A stretch of 57,340 nucleotides of DNA from a virus. Its lineage: Duplodnaviria; Caudoviricetes. Numbering within the stretch: the first letter of the stretch is position 1; each line of letters begins with the position of its first letter. The stretch spans positions 1 through 57,340 of the IMG/VR virus record IMGVR_UViG_3300030102_001647; one strand, given 5' to 3'. Made by a program: the position numbers and the translations under genes. The notes below the pieces were generated by a model. The model saw only the letters and a list, made by a program, of their open reading frames with translations, was not told the DNA's origin and ran no database searches. This document shows, in pieces, positions 1 through 10,119 of this stretch.

Positions 1-1
1 C

Positions 2-1075
2 AATGCAAATGCTTTGTTTGTTCAAGGCTCTGATGGTTTTGTTGGGGTTAACGAATCAGGACCGACTGTACCTCTTGAAATCAAAGGAGCGCAGGGATAT
101 GCCTCAAGTGCATCAAATCTTTTAACATCCACAACAAAAGCGGCGGCTAAGATAAGAGGCTCAAACGATGCATCAGCGTCACTATTCTTTGGCTCACTGA
201 CAAATGATGCAGAACAATATATTCAATCTTGTAATGGTGCTGGAGATGGCGCAGATGATATAGCTTTGAATCCTTTTGGGGGCAAGGTCGGCATTGGCAC
301 GACATTTGGTGAAAATATTGCAGGTTCAATAAATAAATTAGGTGTGCGCTCTGATATTGGTAGCACCCACTACAACATTCTAAATATTTGGGAACATGAA
401 AATACAAGCTCAAGTATAGAACAGCGTATCGGCTGGGCATTTGGCGATGACGGAGGTGGTGAGGCTAGTTTTGGAATAGCTGGTTGGATTGGTATGAATA
501 AATCTAATGCGTGGAATATTGATAGTACAAGGTCATCCGAAATGACATTTGCTACCACAGGAGCAAGCTCTGCAACAGAAAAAATGCGTCTTTCTGCAAC
601 ATCACCTGCTTTATCAATAGGCAAAACTACATTTGGAACAGCAGGTACGGGATTTACAGTATACGGAAATACTGCACCGCAATGTTATTTTAATAAAACA
701 AACTCTGGTACTATAAATGGCGTTTTATTTTATCACGCAGATTCTTATGTTGGCGGTCTTAATTACAGCAATTCAAGCACATCTTTAGCCACAAGTTCTG
801 ATGAACGTCTAAAAGACAATATAGAAAACTCTGATGATGCAGGTGCTAAAATTGATGCTATGCAAGTTCGTCAGTTTGATTGGAAGTCAACAGGCAAGCA
901 TCAGGAGTATGGTTTTGTAGCACAAGAGTTAGAACCTGTGTTTGCTCATGCAGTGCATACGGACAAGGAAGGTGACTATAAGAGTGTGGACTATGCTTGT
1001 CTTGTGCCGATGCTCGTTAAAGAAATTCAATCTCTCAGACAGCGTATTGCAACTATGGAGAACAGCAATGGCTAA
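2..1075 (+). CDS. Tail fibre protein, 5' partial, with C-terminal intramolecular chaperone (peptidase S74-like)
   Basis: Frame open from the window start; VGIGT and EKMRL fibre repeats; S|SDERLKDNI cleavage motif, GFVAQEL and a terminal coiled coil. Confidence 0.85.
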   Translation, partial: NANALFVQGSDGFVGVNESGPTVPLEIKGAQGYASSASNLLTSTTKAAAKIRGSNDASASLFFGSLTNDAEQYIQSCNGAGDGADDIALNPFGGKVGIGTTFGENIAGSINKLGVRSDIGSTHYNILNIWEHENTSSSIEQRIGWAFGDDGGGEASFGIAGWIGMNKSNAWNIDSTRSSEMTFATTGASSATEKMRLSATSPALSIGKTTFGTAGTGFTVYGNTAPQCYFNKTNSGTINGVLFYHADSYVGGLNYSNSSTSLATSSDERLKDNIENSDDAGAKIDAMQVRQFDWKSTGKHQEYGFVAQELEPVFAHAVHTDKEGDYKSVDYACLVPMLVKEIQSLRQRIATMENSNG

Positions 1076-1412
1076 CACTTATACTTGGAACTTTCCAGTC
1101 CTAGAACGCAAAGTAACTGAAGGCGACTTGTCTGACGTTGTGAAGACTATTCACTATTGTTACACAGCCACCTCTGACCAGAACAATGCTGATGGCAATC
1201 CTTATTCTGCTACACTATATGGCGCAGTTGGTCTGGGTAGTGCAGACAGTGGTTCATTCATTGCATTTGACAGCATCACAACTGACCAAGCGATTGCGTG
1301 GGTGCTGGCTGGCCTTGATAAGACTGAAGAAGAATTACAGACTGTTTTGGATAACACAATTACAAATGAAATTACACCTCCGTTAATTAGTGGTATACCT
1401 AGTGGTTGGTGA
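1068..1412 (+). CDS. Small tail-associated protein (MANTYTW...), possible fibre assembly factor
   Basis: ATG at 1068 overlaps the end of the fibre gene, GGAG upstream; this protein type commonly follows marine phage fibres. Confidence 0.6.
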   Translation: MANTYTWNFPVLERKVTEGDLSDVVKTIHYCYTATSDQNNADGNPYSATLYGAVGLGSADSGSFIAFDSITTDQAIAWVLAGLDKTEEELQTVLDNTITNEITPPLISGIPSGW

Positions 1413-1415
1413 TTA

Positions 1416-1444
1416 TTGCAAAACTACTAACTATATGTTAAAAT
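1416..1444 (+). promoter_or_regulatory. sigma70-type promoter
   Basis: TTGCAA-17 bp-TAAAAT in an intergenic gap. Confidence 0.55.
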
Positions 1445-1456
1445 AAAGGAACTATT

Positions 1457-1636
1457 ATGATGACAGAAGAAGCAAAACAAGTAGCCGATGTTGCAGCTGG
1501 TGGTGTAACCATTAGTGCATTTATGGCATGGATACCAGAAGCTACGGCTCTTTTGTCGTTAGTTTGGGTTTGTATTCGTATTTATGAAACAAATACAGTT
1601 AGAACAATATTAGGAAAAGAAGAAGATGCCGAGTAG
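1457..1636 (+). CDS. 59-aa membrane protein, holin-like
   Basis: Not in the ORF track; AAGGA RBS; MMTEEAKQVADVAAGGVTISAFMAWIPEATALLSLVWVCIRIYETNTV..., with two hydrophobic segments. Confidence 0.6.
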   Translation: MMTEEAKQVADVAAGGVTISAFMAWIPEATALLSLVWVCIRIYETNTVRTILGKEEDAE

Positions 1637-2729
1637 TTATACAACAAGAATTAGATTAGAAAAACAAGCTGATGGTGAAAACGCTAACACTTGGGGATTA
1701 AAACTTAATAACAATGTTATTGACCTTGTAGATGAAGCTGTTGCAGGGTTTGAACAAATAGATGTTTCTGCTGCTACCTCTGTTTCTCTAACAGGTATTA
1801 ATGGTACTACTGACCAATCTCGTAATTTTGGTTTAAAATTTATAGGTGCTATTGATGCTGATGTTACAGTAGTAATGCCAGCAGTAGAAAAAATTTATTT
1901 TGTAAGAAACGATACATCAGGTGATTACAATCTAATGTTTAAAAATGCAGGTGGTACTGCTGTTACTGGTGTGGGTCAAGGACGTAGTATGATGTTGGCT
2001 ACAGACGGTACAAACATTACAACTATGGAAGAACCTGACTCAACTGTGTTTGCTAGTGCTGGTACATCTGCTACGCTTCAAACAGAAATTAATGCTAATA
2101 GTACAGCTATTGCTACAGTGTCTTCTACTATGGCAACAAGTATTTCAAATTCTAATACAGCTATTGCTACAGTTTCTGCAACGATGGCTACTAGTATTAA
2201 CAATGCTAATGTTACACGGGCAGCTACATCTGCTACATTAAATACTAGAATAACAAATGTAAATGCAGCTATCCCTACAAATAATAATCAGCTTACTAAT
2301 GGTGCTGGCTACACAACATATACAGCAAACCAAACACTAAATAATAATAGTAATGTTCACTTTGAAGGTTTAATGGTTGGTCAAACATCAGGTGCAACAG
2401 CTAATACTATTCGTTGTGTAGGAGATGTTGTAGCATTTTATTCATCAGACGAAAGACTTAAAAATAATATTGAGCCTATTAAAAATAGTTTAGATATTGT
2501 TGGTGAGTTAACTGGCTATGAATTTGATTGGGATGAAGAGGCGCAGGATGTATATACAGGACATGATGTTGGTGTGATAGCTCAAGAAGTAGAAAGAGTA
2601 TTGCCTGACCTTGTTGAAACCCGTGACTATAATGGATACAAAGCTGTTAAGTACGAAAAACTTATAGCTGTATTAATTAATGCAATAAATGAATTAGCAC
2701 AAGAAGTAAAAGAATTGAAAGGTAAATAG
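1626..2729 (+). CDS. Tail fibre/spike with Ala/Ser/Thr repeat and C-terminal S74-like chaperone
   Basis: N-terminal GEN-TWG tail-anchor-like motif; Y-SSDERLKNNI and VGVIAQEVE motifs. Confidence 0.8.
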   Translation: MPSSYTTRIRLEKQADGENANTWGLKLNNNVIDLVDEAVAGFEQIDVSAATSVSLTGINGTTDQSRNFGLKFIGAIDADVTVVMPAVEKIYFVRNDTSGDYNLMFKNAGGTAVTGVGQGRSMMLATDGTNITTMEEPDSTVFASAGTSATLQTEINANSTAIATVSSTMATSISNSNTAIATVSATMATSINNANVTRAATSATLNTRITNVNAAIPTNNNQLTNGAGYTTYTANQTLNNNSNVHFEGLMVGQTSGATANTIRCVGDVVAFYSSDERLKNNIEPIKNSLDIVGELTGYEFDWDEEAQDVYTGHDVGVIAQEVERVLPDLVETRDYNGYKAVKYEKLIAVLINAINELAQEVKELKGK

Positions 2730-2733
2730 CTAA

Positions 2734-3279
2734 ATGGCTTTACCAAGTTCAGGACAATTAAGTATCAATGATATAGTGGGTGAGTTTGGCGGCTCTGCTC
2801 CACATTCTTTAAGTGAATACTATCGTGGTGGTAGTCTTGTTCCTAATTCTTCTACTAACTCTAGTGTACCTACTAGCGGTCAAATAAAAATAACAGATTT
2901 TTACGGTGCTGCTGATTCAGTATGGACAACAAACCTTACTGTAGGTGTTCTATCTGGTAAATTTAATACTTTAACTGGTTTTTCTGAAGGAAGTTTCGGA
3001 AGTTTAAGTGATAACACAGTAGATTTTAAAAGTGGTGCTATTTGTCGAAGTATATCTTGGGGTTCTGCAACTCAAACTATTGGTCTTTCTATTGATGGAA
3101 ACCTTACAAATGCAGGTTTCACAACAATGACTTTTAATGGTAATAGTTTTAATAGAGCAGATGCATCATACCAATATGTTCCTAATGGAAACCCACAACC
3201 TTTTACATCATGGAGTTGGTCACAATCAACTAATCCCTTTAGTTCTACAGGTAGTGTTGATACAGTAACTTTTACATAA
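2734..3279 (+). CDS. Putative tail-associated structural protein
   Basis: MALPSSGQLSINDI...SLSEYYRGG N-terminus typical of genes following S74 fibres. Confidence 0.55.
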   Translation: MALPSSGQLSINDIVGEFGGSAPHSLSEYYRGGSLVPNSSTNSSVPTSGQIKITDFYGAADSVWTTNLTVGVLSGKFNTLTGFSEGSFGSLSDNTVDFKSGAICRSISWGSATQTIGLSIDGNLTNAGFTTMTFNGNSFNRADASYQYVPNGNPQPFTSWSWSQSTNPFSSTGSVDTVTFT

Positions 3280-3280
3280 T

Positions 3281-3775
3281 ATGACTTACACTGTTCAAAA
3301 CATAGATTTTATAACTCAGTTAGCTTTTGATAGTCTTTGGGAAGATTGTAAAACTGTTGTTGAAAATGAAACATTTCCATATGCCCAAAAAGGATATACT
3401 AAAGAAACTGTTTTTTCTTTAATTAATTCTTTAGATATTAAATTTAAAGTACAAAAAGATAACATAGATATAGCTGTTTTAGCTGGAAATAAAGACAACA
3501 ATAAACTTAGTATTGGTCCAGCATTATTTGGTAATGATTCCCAAGGAAGTAAGTCTTGGTTGTATGATGTAGATTACTGGTCTGCTATAAAAGAATATAC
3601 AACATCTCAATCTTGTTTAGGATATGGTGGAGAGGTTGTAAAAAATTTAAGTGCTTATAATATGTTAATAAGAATATATAATAATTCTTTGTATCCTAAT
3701 TCAACATTAGAAGAAACTAATACACGAACTCAAGGTAATATAACGACAACAACTATTTGGTTTAATCATAATTAA
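3281..3775 (+). CDS. Hypothetical protein
   Basis: 164-aa ORF tightly packed in the operon, AT-rich. Confidence 0.6.
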   Translation: MTYTVQNIDFITQLAFDSLWEDCKTVVENETFPYAQKGYTKETVFSLINSLDIKFKVQKDNIDIAVLAGNKDNNKLSIGPALFGNDSQGSKSWLYDVDYWSAIKEYTTSQSCLGYGGEVVKNLSAYNMLIRIYNNSLYPNSTLEETNTRTQGNITTTTIWFNHN

Positions 3776-3776
3776 T

Positions 3777-5624
3777 ATGACATCACAATTAATAAAATTA
3801 GATTTTGCTCCCGGTTTTCATAGGGAGTCTACCCAATACTCTGAAGAGGGTAAATGGTATGACGGTAATCGTGTACGTTTTCGGGAAGGCAGACCAGAAA
3901 ATCTTAGAGGATATCAAAAGTTTAGTGATACAGATATTAATGGTATTGCTCGTGATTTACTAACTTGGACAGATAATAACTCAAGACCTTATCAAGCTTT
4001 TGGAACTAACATACAACTGTATACTGTTCAAAATGAAACCTTTTATGATGTAACACCTATTGTATCTATAGTTAGTGTTAATGGTAACTTTCAAACATTT
4101 ACTAATAGCACGTTAGTTAAAGTTAGCTCTAACGCTCACTCTGTATCTGTTAATGATAGAATATTATTTACTGATGTTAATGTAAGTCTTGGCGGTAACA
4201 TTAATATTAATGGAACTAAAACTGCTGTAAGTGTAGAAGGCTCTAATCATTTTTTTGTTGATGTGAGTGTTACCGCTGAAAGCGCAAGTTCTAATCAAGG
4301 TACTACAGGGTCTATTAATTTTCTTTTAGATACGCAACAATCAGATGATATTCAAGGATTAGGTTATGGGGCAGGTGTTTTTAATGCGGGTGTTTCTGTT
4401 AGTGGAGCAAGGGGATGGAATGACCCTGCATCTGAATCTGCTATTACATTTTTAGCAAATCAATGGTCACTAGATACTTGGGGTGAAGACCTTCTTGCTT
4501 TACGTAGAGGTGATAATCTTTTACATCTTGATATTAGTTTATCTGTGATTCCAACTAGGGCTGTTGTTGTAACCGCTTCTCCATCAGCTAATACATTCCT
4601 TGTATCACCTAATGATAGACATGTAGTATGTTATGGTACTAAATCTTTTGCTGCTTCTGCTGCTGCACCTATTGATAATATGGTTGTTCGTTGGTCTGAC
4701 CAAGAAGACTTTGCAAACTGGACACCATCTATTAATACTACTTCTGGTGAGGTTGTTCTTACTGAAGGTGCTAAGATTGTAGGTGCTATTCGTTCTAGGA
4801 ATGCTATTAACATATGGACAGACAATGCAATGTATATTCAACAATTTGTTGGTCCACCTTTTATATTTAGTTTTACACAGGTAGGTTCTAACTGTGGTTT
4901 GATTGGTCCACATGCTGCTATTGATTATGATGGTGTGTCTTATTGGATGGGGCAAAATAATTTCTTTGCTTATGATGGTCGTGTTCAAACAATGCCTTGT
5001 ACAATAAGAAGAAAACTATTTGAAGATTTTAACACAACTAACCAAGAGAAAGTTTATGCAGGTATTAATTCAGAATTTAAAGAAATCATTTGGCTCTATC
5101 CCTTGGCAGCTAGTCCAGAGCCTAATGCGTATGTAATTTATAATACAGAAGAACGTACATGGGTTTATGGTAAATTATTTGAAGATGGTTTTACATCTAC
5201 ATTCCAAGATAGAAATGTATATAGAACAACTTTAATGACAGGTCAAACTTCTGCTACAGGTGATATGTATGTATGGAGTAATGAGCCTGAAAATGTTTAT
5301 ACAGGGGATGGACAAGAGCTTACATCATTCTTAGAGTCTTCAGAGTTTGATTTAGACACAGGTAAACAACTTATGTTTATAGATAAACTTATACCAGATT
5401 ATACATTTGATGCAGGTCAACAAGTAAATTTATTTGTAACAGTACGTGATTATCCTGCTGGTACTAAAAAAGAAAAAGGACCATTTATTATAGGACAAAA
5501 TACAAACAAAGTTAATATGAGAGCTAGAGGAAGGGCAGCAACTGTAAAAGTATCTGGCACTAATACTGGTGGCTGGCGTTGGGGCGGTGTTCGTATGTCA
5601 ATGCAAGCTGATGGAGAAAGATAG
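3777..5624 (+). CDS. Tail nozzle / DNA stabilisation protein (P22 gp10 / T7 gp12-like)
   Basis: 615 aa, beta-propeller-like; RWSDQED, GSNCGLIG and C-terminal RARGR motifs; position in tail module. Confidence 0.7.
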   Translation: MTSQLIKLDFAPGFHRESTQYSEEGKWYDGNRVRFREGRPENLRGYQKFSDTDINGIARDLLTWTDNNSRPYQAFGTNIQLYTVQNETFYDVTPIVSIVSVNGNFQTFTNSTLVKVSSNAHSVSVNDRILFTDVNVSLGGNININGTKTAVSVEGSNHFFVDVSVTAESASSNQGTTGSINFLLDTQQSDDIQGLGYGAGVFNAGVSVSGARGWNDPASESAITFLANQWSLDTWGEDLLALRRGDNLLHLDISLSVIPTRAVVVTASPSANTFLVSPNDRHVVCYGTKSFAASAAAPIDNMVVRWSDQEDFANWTPSINTTSGEVVLTEGAKIVGAIRSRNAINIWTDNAMYIQQFVGPPFIFSFTQVGSNCGLIGPHAAIDYDGVSYWMGQNNFFAYDGRVQTMPCTIRRKLFEDFNTTNQEKVYAGINSEFKEIIWLYPLAASPEPNAYVIYNTEERTWVYGKLFEDGFTSTFQDRNVYRTTLMTGQTSATGDMYVWSNEPENVYTGDGQELTSFLESSEFDLDTGKQLMFIDKLIPDYTFDAGQQVNLFVTVRDYPAGTKKEKGPFIIGQNTNKVNMRARGRAATVKVSGTNTGGWRWGGVRMSMQADGER

Positions 5625-5891
5625 ATGGCTAACTATCCTAGATTTTCTACATACTTTACACCAAAAAGTATTATAGATTTGTATGATAGTTTGCGTAGTT
5701 GGGGTAATGAGCTTGCTCGTGAACTAGATACAAGAGATGCACAAGTAGATGGAAAGCCTTCTACAAAGATATACACAGTAGTATCTGTAAGTGAAATAGG
5801 TCGTCCTGCTAATGGTGATGTAGCTTTTGCAGCTAGTGCTGGTAAGTATAGAGGGTATGTAAGCGGCACAGGCTGGGTAGATTTTAATTAA
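5625..5891 (+). CDS. Small tail protein
   Basis: Abuts nozzle gene; C-terminal YVSGTGWVDF fibre-like end. Confidence 0.5.
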   Translation: MANYPRFSTYFTPKSIIDLYDSLRSWGNELARELDTRDAQVDGKPSTKIYTVVSVSEIGRPANGDVAFAASAGKYRGYVSGTGWVDFN

Positions 5892-5950
5892 CGGGCTGGT
5901 ATATTTCAATAATATATTGTATAATAAGATAATTAACAAGGAAAAATAGT

Positions 5951-7153
5951 ATGGCTTATGGACAAAATATGAACGCACCAATGTCAGGGCTAATGGGATT
6001 AGCTGCTATGAAGGGACGTATGGGTGATAATACGTTAGTGCATGTTAATCCTATGGAACTTAAAACACTGGATGCACTAGCAGGACCGGGAGGTTTAACA
6101 CAGAATCCTGTTACTGGTTTGCCAGAAGCTTTTAAAATTAAAGACTTACTTCCTGCTCTTCTTGCTGTTGCTGCTCCATTTGCTGTACCTGTTGCTTTAG
6201 GTGGTGCAGGTTTAGGGGCTGCTACAACTGGTGGAATAGGTGCGCTTGCTGCTGGTGCTGGTGCTGCTACTGGCACAGCTTTAATTGGTGGTAATAGAGA
6301 AGAAATATTAATGTCTGGTCTTGCTAGTGGATTAACTGCTGGTTTAACAGGAGGTTTAGATAAGGCTGCTTCAGGTGCTGTAACAACAGGTGTTAAAGAA
6401 GGTGCAATAGGGGCTGGTACAGCAAATGTGGGAGCAAGCGGTCTTAGTCAACAAGCAGGTTCTAGGCTTATAGGTGATGCATCTTCTGACGCATTAGCAA
6501 AAACTATTACAGATGCAGGGCTTACAGGCGCAGCAGAAACAGCAGCAACACAACTTGGTCAAGAAGCTTTTGCAAACCAAGCATTAAAAAGAGGTGTTGC
6601 TACAGGATTAGCTGCAGCCGCAACATCACCTGCAATGTTTGATGTTCCTGCTGGTCCAAAAGGTGTTGCTCCACCTACTACAGTTCCAGCTACACAAATG
6701 ACACAGACAGCTTCTAAAGAAGATATAGATAGATACATTAGACAAGGAGGTGCTACACCTCAGTTCTTTAGCTATTCACCTGTACAAATACCTGCACAGT
6801 TTGGCGGCATGGCTGCTGAAGGTGGAAGTATGGGAGATGTACCTGCAACTTATATGGCACAAGGTGGTGATACAGGAATGTTTTCTGGAATGGTAGAAGC
6901 ACCAGAAGGTGATGGTATGTCAGACAATGTATCATTTGAAGTTGTGGGCGACCCACAAATTAAACAAGCAATGTTAAGTCCTGACGAATATGTTATGGAT
7001 GCATTTACAGTAGCAGCATTAGGCAATGGTTCTTCTGATGCTGGTGCAGAAAAACTAGATGAATTTAGATTAGCTTTGAGAGAGAAAGTATATGGTAAGG
7101 AGGCACAGCCCAAACAGGTTGATGGGGCTAAAGAACTTAGCCGACTTACTTAA
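5951..7153 (+). CDS. Internal virion / DNA ejection protein
   Basis: GRMGDNTLVHVNP...NPVTGLPE N-domain, Gly/Ala-rich hydrophobic middle, GDGMSD...LSPDEYV...LGNGSSDAGA C-domain. Confidence 0.6.
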   Translation: MAYGQNMNAPMSGLMGLAAMKGRMGDNTLVHVNPMELKTLDALAGPGGLTQNPVTGLPEAFKIKDLLPALLAVAAPFAVPVALGGAGLGAATTGGIGALAAGAGAATGTALIGGNREEILMSGLASGLTAGLTGGLDKAASGAVTTGVKEGAIGAGTANVGASGLSQQAGSRLIGDASSDALAKTITDAGLTGAAETAATQLGQEAFANQALKRGVATGLAAAATSPAMFDVPAGPKGVAPPTTVPATQMTQTASKEDIDRYIRQGGATPQFFSYSPVQIPAQFGGMAAEGGSMGDVPATYMAQGGDTGMFSGMVEAPEGDGMSDNVSFEVVGDPQIKQAMLSPDEYVMDAFTVAALGNGSSDAGAEKLDEFRLALREKVYGKEAQPKQVDGAKELSRLT

Positions 7154-7575
7154 TGGCAAAAGAATATTTTCAAATACCACATACTGATATAGATAAGCAT
7201 TGGGATTTATTCGCTGTATTAATACAACAAGCTATAGATAAAGTAGATGATAATGACTACAATATTTTTGGAACATATCATAGACTAAAAACTAATCAGT
7301 GGCAGTTATTTTGTGTATTAGAAGATAATGAATTAAATTCTATTTTTATTACATGTGTGACACCTTTTGATTTAAATTGTTATTTACATGTGTGTATAAC
7401 AACAGGAATGAAAGGTAAGAAAGTAGACTATCAATATATGTTAGACTGCTACAAAGAAATAGCAAAAAACTTTAACTGTAATAAGATTAGTGCTATGGGC
7501 AGAAAAGGTTGGAAAAAAATAATGCCTAAATATGGTTGCAATGAACAGACACTGTTTACAATAACAATGGAATAA
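7153..7575 (+). CDS. GNAT-like virion assembly protein (P22 gp14 / T7 gp13-like position)
   Basis: 140 aa with GRKGWKK motif, directly upstream of an ejection gene. Confidence 0.45.
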   Translation: MAKEYFQIPHTDIDKHWDLFAVLIQQAIDKVDDNDYNIFGTYHRLKTNQWQLFCVLEDNELNSIFITCVTPFDLNCYLHVCITTGMKGKKVDYQYMLDCYKEIAKNFNCNKISAMGRKGWKKIMPKYGCNEQTLFTITME

Positions 7576-7581
7576 TATATT

Positions 7582-10101
7582 ATGATTATAATAGAAAATA
7601 AAAATACTTTTGAAGATTTGTTAGGTTTAGAAATAGAAACAGAAGATAAGTTTCTAAATAAAAAACTTAACTCTCATGTTTGTTATAGTGGCGGCGGTGG
7701 AGGCGGCAGTAAACAACAGGATATTGCACCTACATTACAACCATATGTTAGAGATGTTCTTAGTCGTGCTAAAGGACAAGTAGATGCTCCTTATCAAGCA
7801 TATCCGGGCGAGCGTATTGTAGGATTTACACCACAAGAATTAGCTGCACAACAAGGTATTCAACAAATGGCTGGGCAATATGGTCTTGCTGCAACAGCCC
7901 CCGGTCTTACATCTTCTGCTGCTTATTATTCGCCAGCTTATAGTTATCTTGGGCAAACAGGTCAAGCTCTTGGTCAACAAGCTGGTGCATTAGCCGAAGC
8001 TCCTCGTTTATTTGGTACACAAGAAGCTTTGTATGGTGAAGCTTTACGTCCTATTTCTGGTATACAAGAGCAACTTACAGGTGCTGGTCGTTTATTAGGT
8101 GAGTCTGGTTTGCGTCAACGTGCTGCTGCTCGTGATATTGGCAGAGATGAGATAGGTAGATTTGCTTTAACAGGTGAAGATATACAAGAGTATATGGACC
8201 CATATCAACAGGCTGTAGTTGATATTGAAAAAGCTCAAGCAAGACAAGATGCTTTACAAACTGCACAAGCTATCGCAGCTAAGTCTGCTGGCATGGGTGC
8301 ATTTGGTGGTTCTCGTCAAGCTATTCTTGAGTCACAAGCTGCTTCTGATTTAGCTAAAAGATTATCAGATATACAAACTCGTGGGTCACAAGCTGCTTAT
8401 CAACAAGCATTACAAACTGCAGCACAACAACAACAGATAGGTTTAACTCAAGCTGAAAGACAAAGAGCAAGAGAGCAACAACTTGGTGCTGGTCTTGCAG
8501 GACTTGCTAGTGCTAGACAACAACTTGGTGTTGGTGGTTATGGTAGCATGGCTGAACAACTACGTCAAGCTGGTGCTGGTTTTGGTAGTTTAGGTGGGCA
8601 GTATGGTTCACTTGCAGGACAATTTGGTCAACTAGGTGGTGGACTAGGTGCGTTGTCTGGACAATATGGTTCACTTGGTCAACAGGCTCTTGGTCAAGGT
8701 TATCGTGAGCTTGGATATTTATCTGGTGTTGGTGAGGCACAACGTGGTCTTGGACAAGAACGTGCCGATGTAGCTTATGGTGATTTTAGAGAAGCTAGAG
8801 AATACCCAATGCAGCAGCTAGAAAGATATGCTGGTATGGCTTTTGGTGTTCCATCTGGTTATATACAAGGAATGCAAGCACAACCTTCAAGATTCCAACA
8901 AGCCGTGGGTGGTGTTACTACTGCAGCTGGTCTTGGTCGTGGTCTTGGTTTCTTTAATCAAGGTGGTAATATAGGTAATAGAGGTTTAAATGGTGCTATC
9001 CAAGCTTTATCAGGCGGTCAAATACAAGCACTATTAGAAGAAAAGAAAAAATTAGAGGCTGAAATAAAAACATTAAACGCCAGTACAAAAAGAAATAGAG
9101 TCCCTGCGGGTTCGATACAGCTAAAAAATAAATTAGATAAAATTAATGCTACACTACAAGCAGAAAGTCAAAACTTAGCTAAACCTCCGTCTTCATTTGG
9201 AGGTCGCCCCTCACCCGGTTCACAAAAAGTAAAACCTGCTCCGTTTCAGTTACCTCCTTCTGGATTAGTTCAAACTGGTGGTAGTGGTCAACAACCGCCT
9301 TCCGGTGGTCAACAACCGCCTTCCGGTGGTCAACAGCCTCCACAATTATCGCCATATGAAACTGTTATTCAAGATTTAGGTGAACGTTTCGGGGGATTAG
9401 GAACAACCGAAGCACAGAAACAAGGTCTTGCAGCATATGCAGAACTTGCTAAACTTATTGGTGAGGATAAATTCGATAAAGAAGCTAGAGAAGCAGAAAT
9501 ACAAGAACAGATAAAAGCTGCTCGTTCACAAGGTGGTTTTGATGTAGCTGCATTAGGTGTTGAGATTATGTCAAAACCTCTTGCAGAAATTGATAATGAT
9601 TTAATTAGAAACTTAGGCACATCTAAAAAAGAAATAGCTGCGCTTAAAGCTGAAATTAATAAACTACCTGCCGAAGAAAGAGCGCAAGGTATTAAAAATG
9701 CTTTAACAAAAATTACTGCACTTGGTAGTATTCAAGATTTAATACCAGATGTTTTAGAAGCTCCTGATGCAAGTCCTACAGTTGTGTTAGGTGCGCTTGA
9801 ATTAGCAACACAAGGCATGGGCAAAAGTTTCTCACAAAATCAATTAGAAAAAGAAGGAATAAAAGTAGGTAAACTTGCTACAGATGTATTAGAGGATATT
9901 GACGCACTTCAAATTAAAGATGATAATACTCGTAATCAAGCTTACGTTGAAGCATTAGCTCAAAAACTTAGAGATGAGATGAGAAAAAAAGGTTTATTGC
10001 CTAATGTAGTTACTGGTGGCGGCAGCGGTACTGGTGGTGGCGGTGGTGCTGGTAGCAATCAAGGCAATCAAGGTCAGTTTATCCCACCTCCTGTTTCGTA
10101 A
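7582..10101 (+). CDS. DNA ejection (transfer) protein
   Basis: Gln/Ala/Gly-rich; YMDPYQQAVVD and GAFGGSRQAI motifs typical of podoviral ejection proteins. Confidence 0.65.
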   Translation: MIIIENKNTFEDLLGLEIETEDKFLNKKLNSHVCYSGGGGGGSKQQDIAPTLQPYVRDVLSRAKGQVDAPYQAYPGERIVGFTPQELAAQQGIQQMAGQYGLAATAPGLTSSAAYYSPAYSYLGQTGQALGQQAGALAEAPRLFGTQEALYGEALRPISGIQEQLTGAGRLLGESGLRQRAAARDIGRDEIGRFALTGEDIQEYMDPYQQAVVDIEKAQARQDALQTAQAIAAKSAGMGAFGGSRQAILESQAASDLAKRLSDIQTRGSQAAYQQALQTAAQQQQIGLTQAERQRAREQQLGAGLAGLASARQQLGVGGYGSMAEQLRQAGAGFGSLGGQYGSLAGQFGQLGGGLGALSGQYGSLGQQALGQGYRELGYLSGVGEAQRGLGQERADVAYGDFREAREYPMQQLERYAGMAFGVPSGYIQGMQAQPSRFQQAVGGVTTAAGLGRGLGFFNQGGNIGNRGLNGAIQALSGGQIQALLEEKKKLEAEIKTLNASTKRNRVPAGSIQLKNKLDKINATLQAESQNLAKPPSSFGGRPSPGSQKVKPAPFQLPPSGLVQTGGSGQQPPSGGQQPPSGGQQPPQLSPYETVIQDLGERFGGLGTTEAQKQGLAAYAELAKLIGEDKFDKEAREAEIQEQIKAARSQGGFDVAALGVEIMSKPLAEIDNDLIRNLGTSKKEIAALKAEINKLPAEERAQGIKNALTKITALGSIQDLIPDVLEAPDASPTVVLGALELATQGMGKSFSQNQLEKEGIKVGKLATDVLEDIDALQIKDDNTRNQAYVEALAQKLRDEMRKKGLLPNVVTGGGSGTGGGGGAGSNQGNQGQFIPPPVS
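9284..9341 (+). repeat. 21-bp tandem repeat (2 exact units plus a degenerate partial) encoding GGQQPPS
   Basis: GTGGTCAACAACCGCCTTCCG at 9284-9304 and 9305-9325, then a partial copy. Confidence 0.9.
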
Positions 10102-10119
10102 AATGTAAAAGGTTTATAA

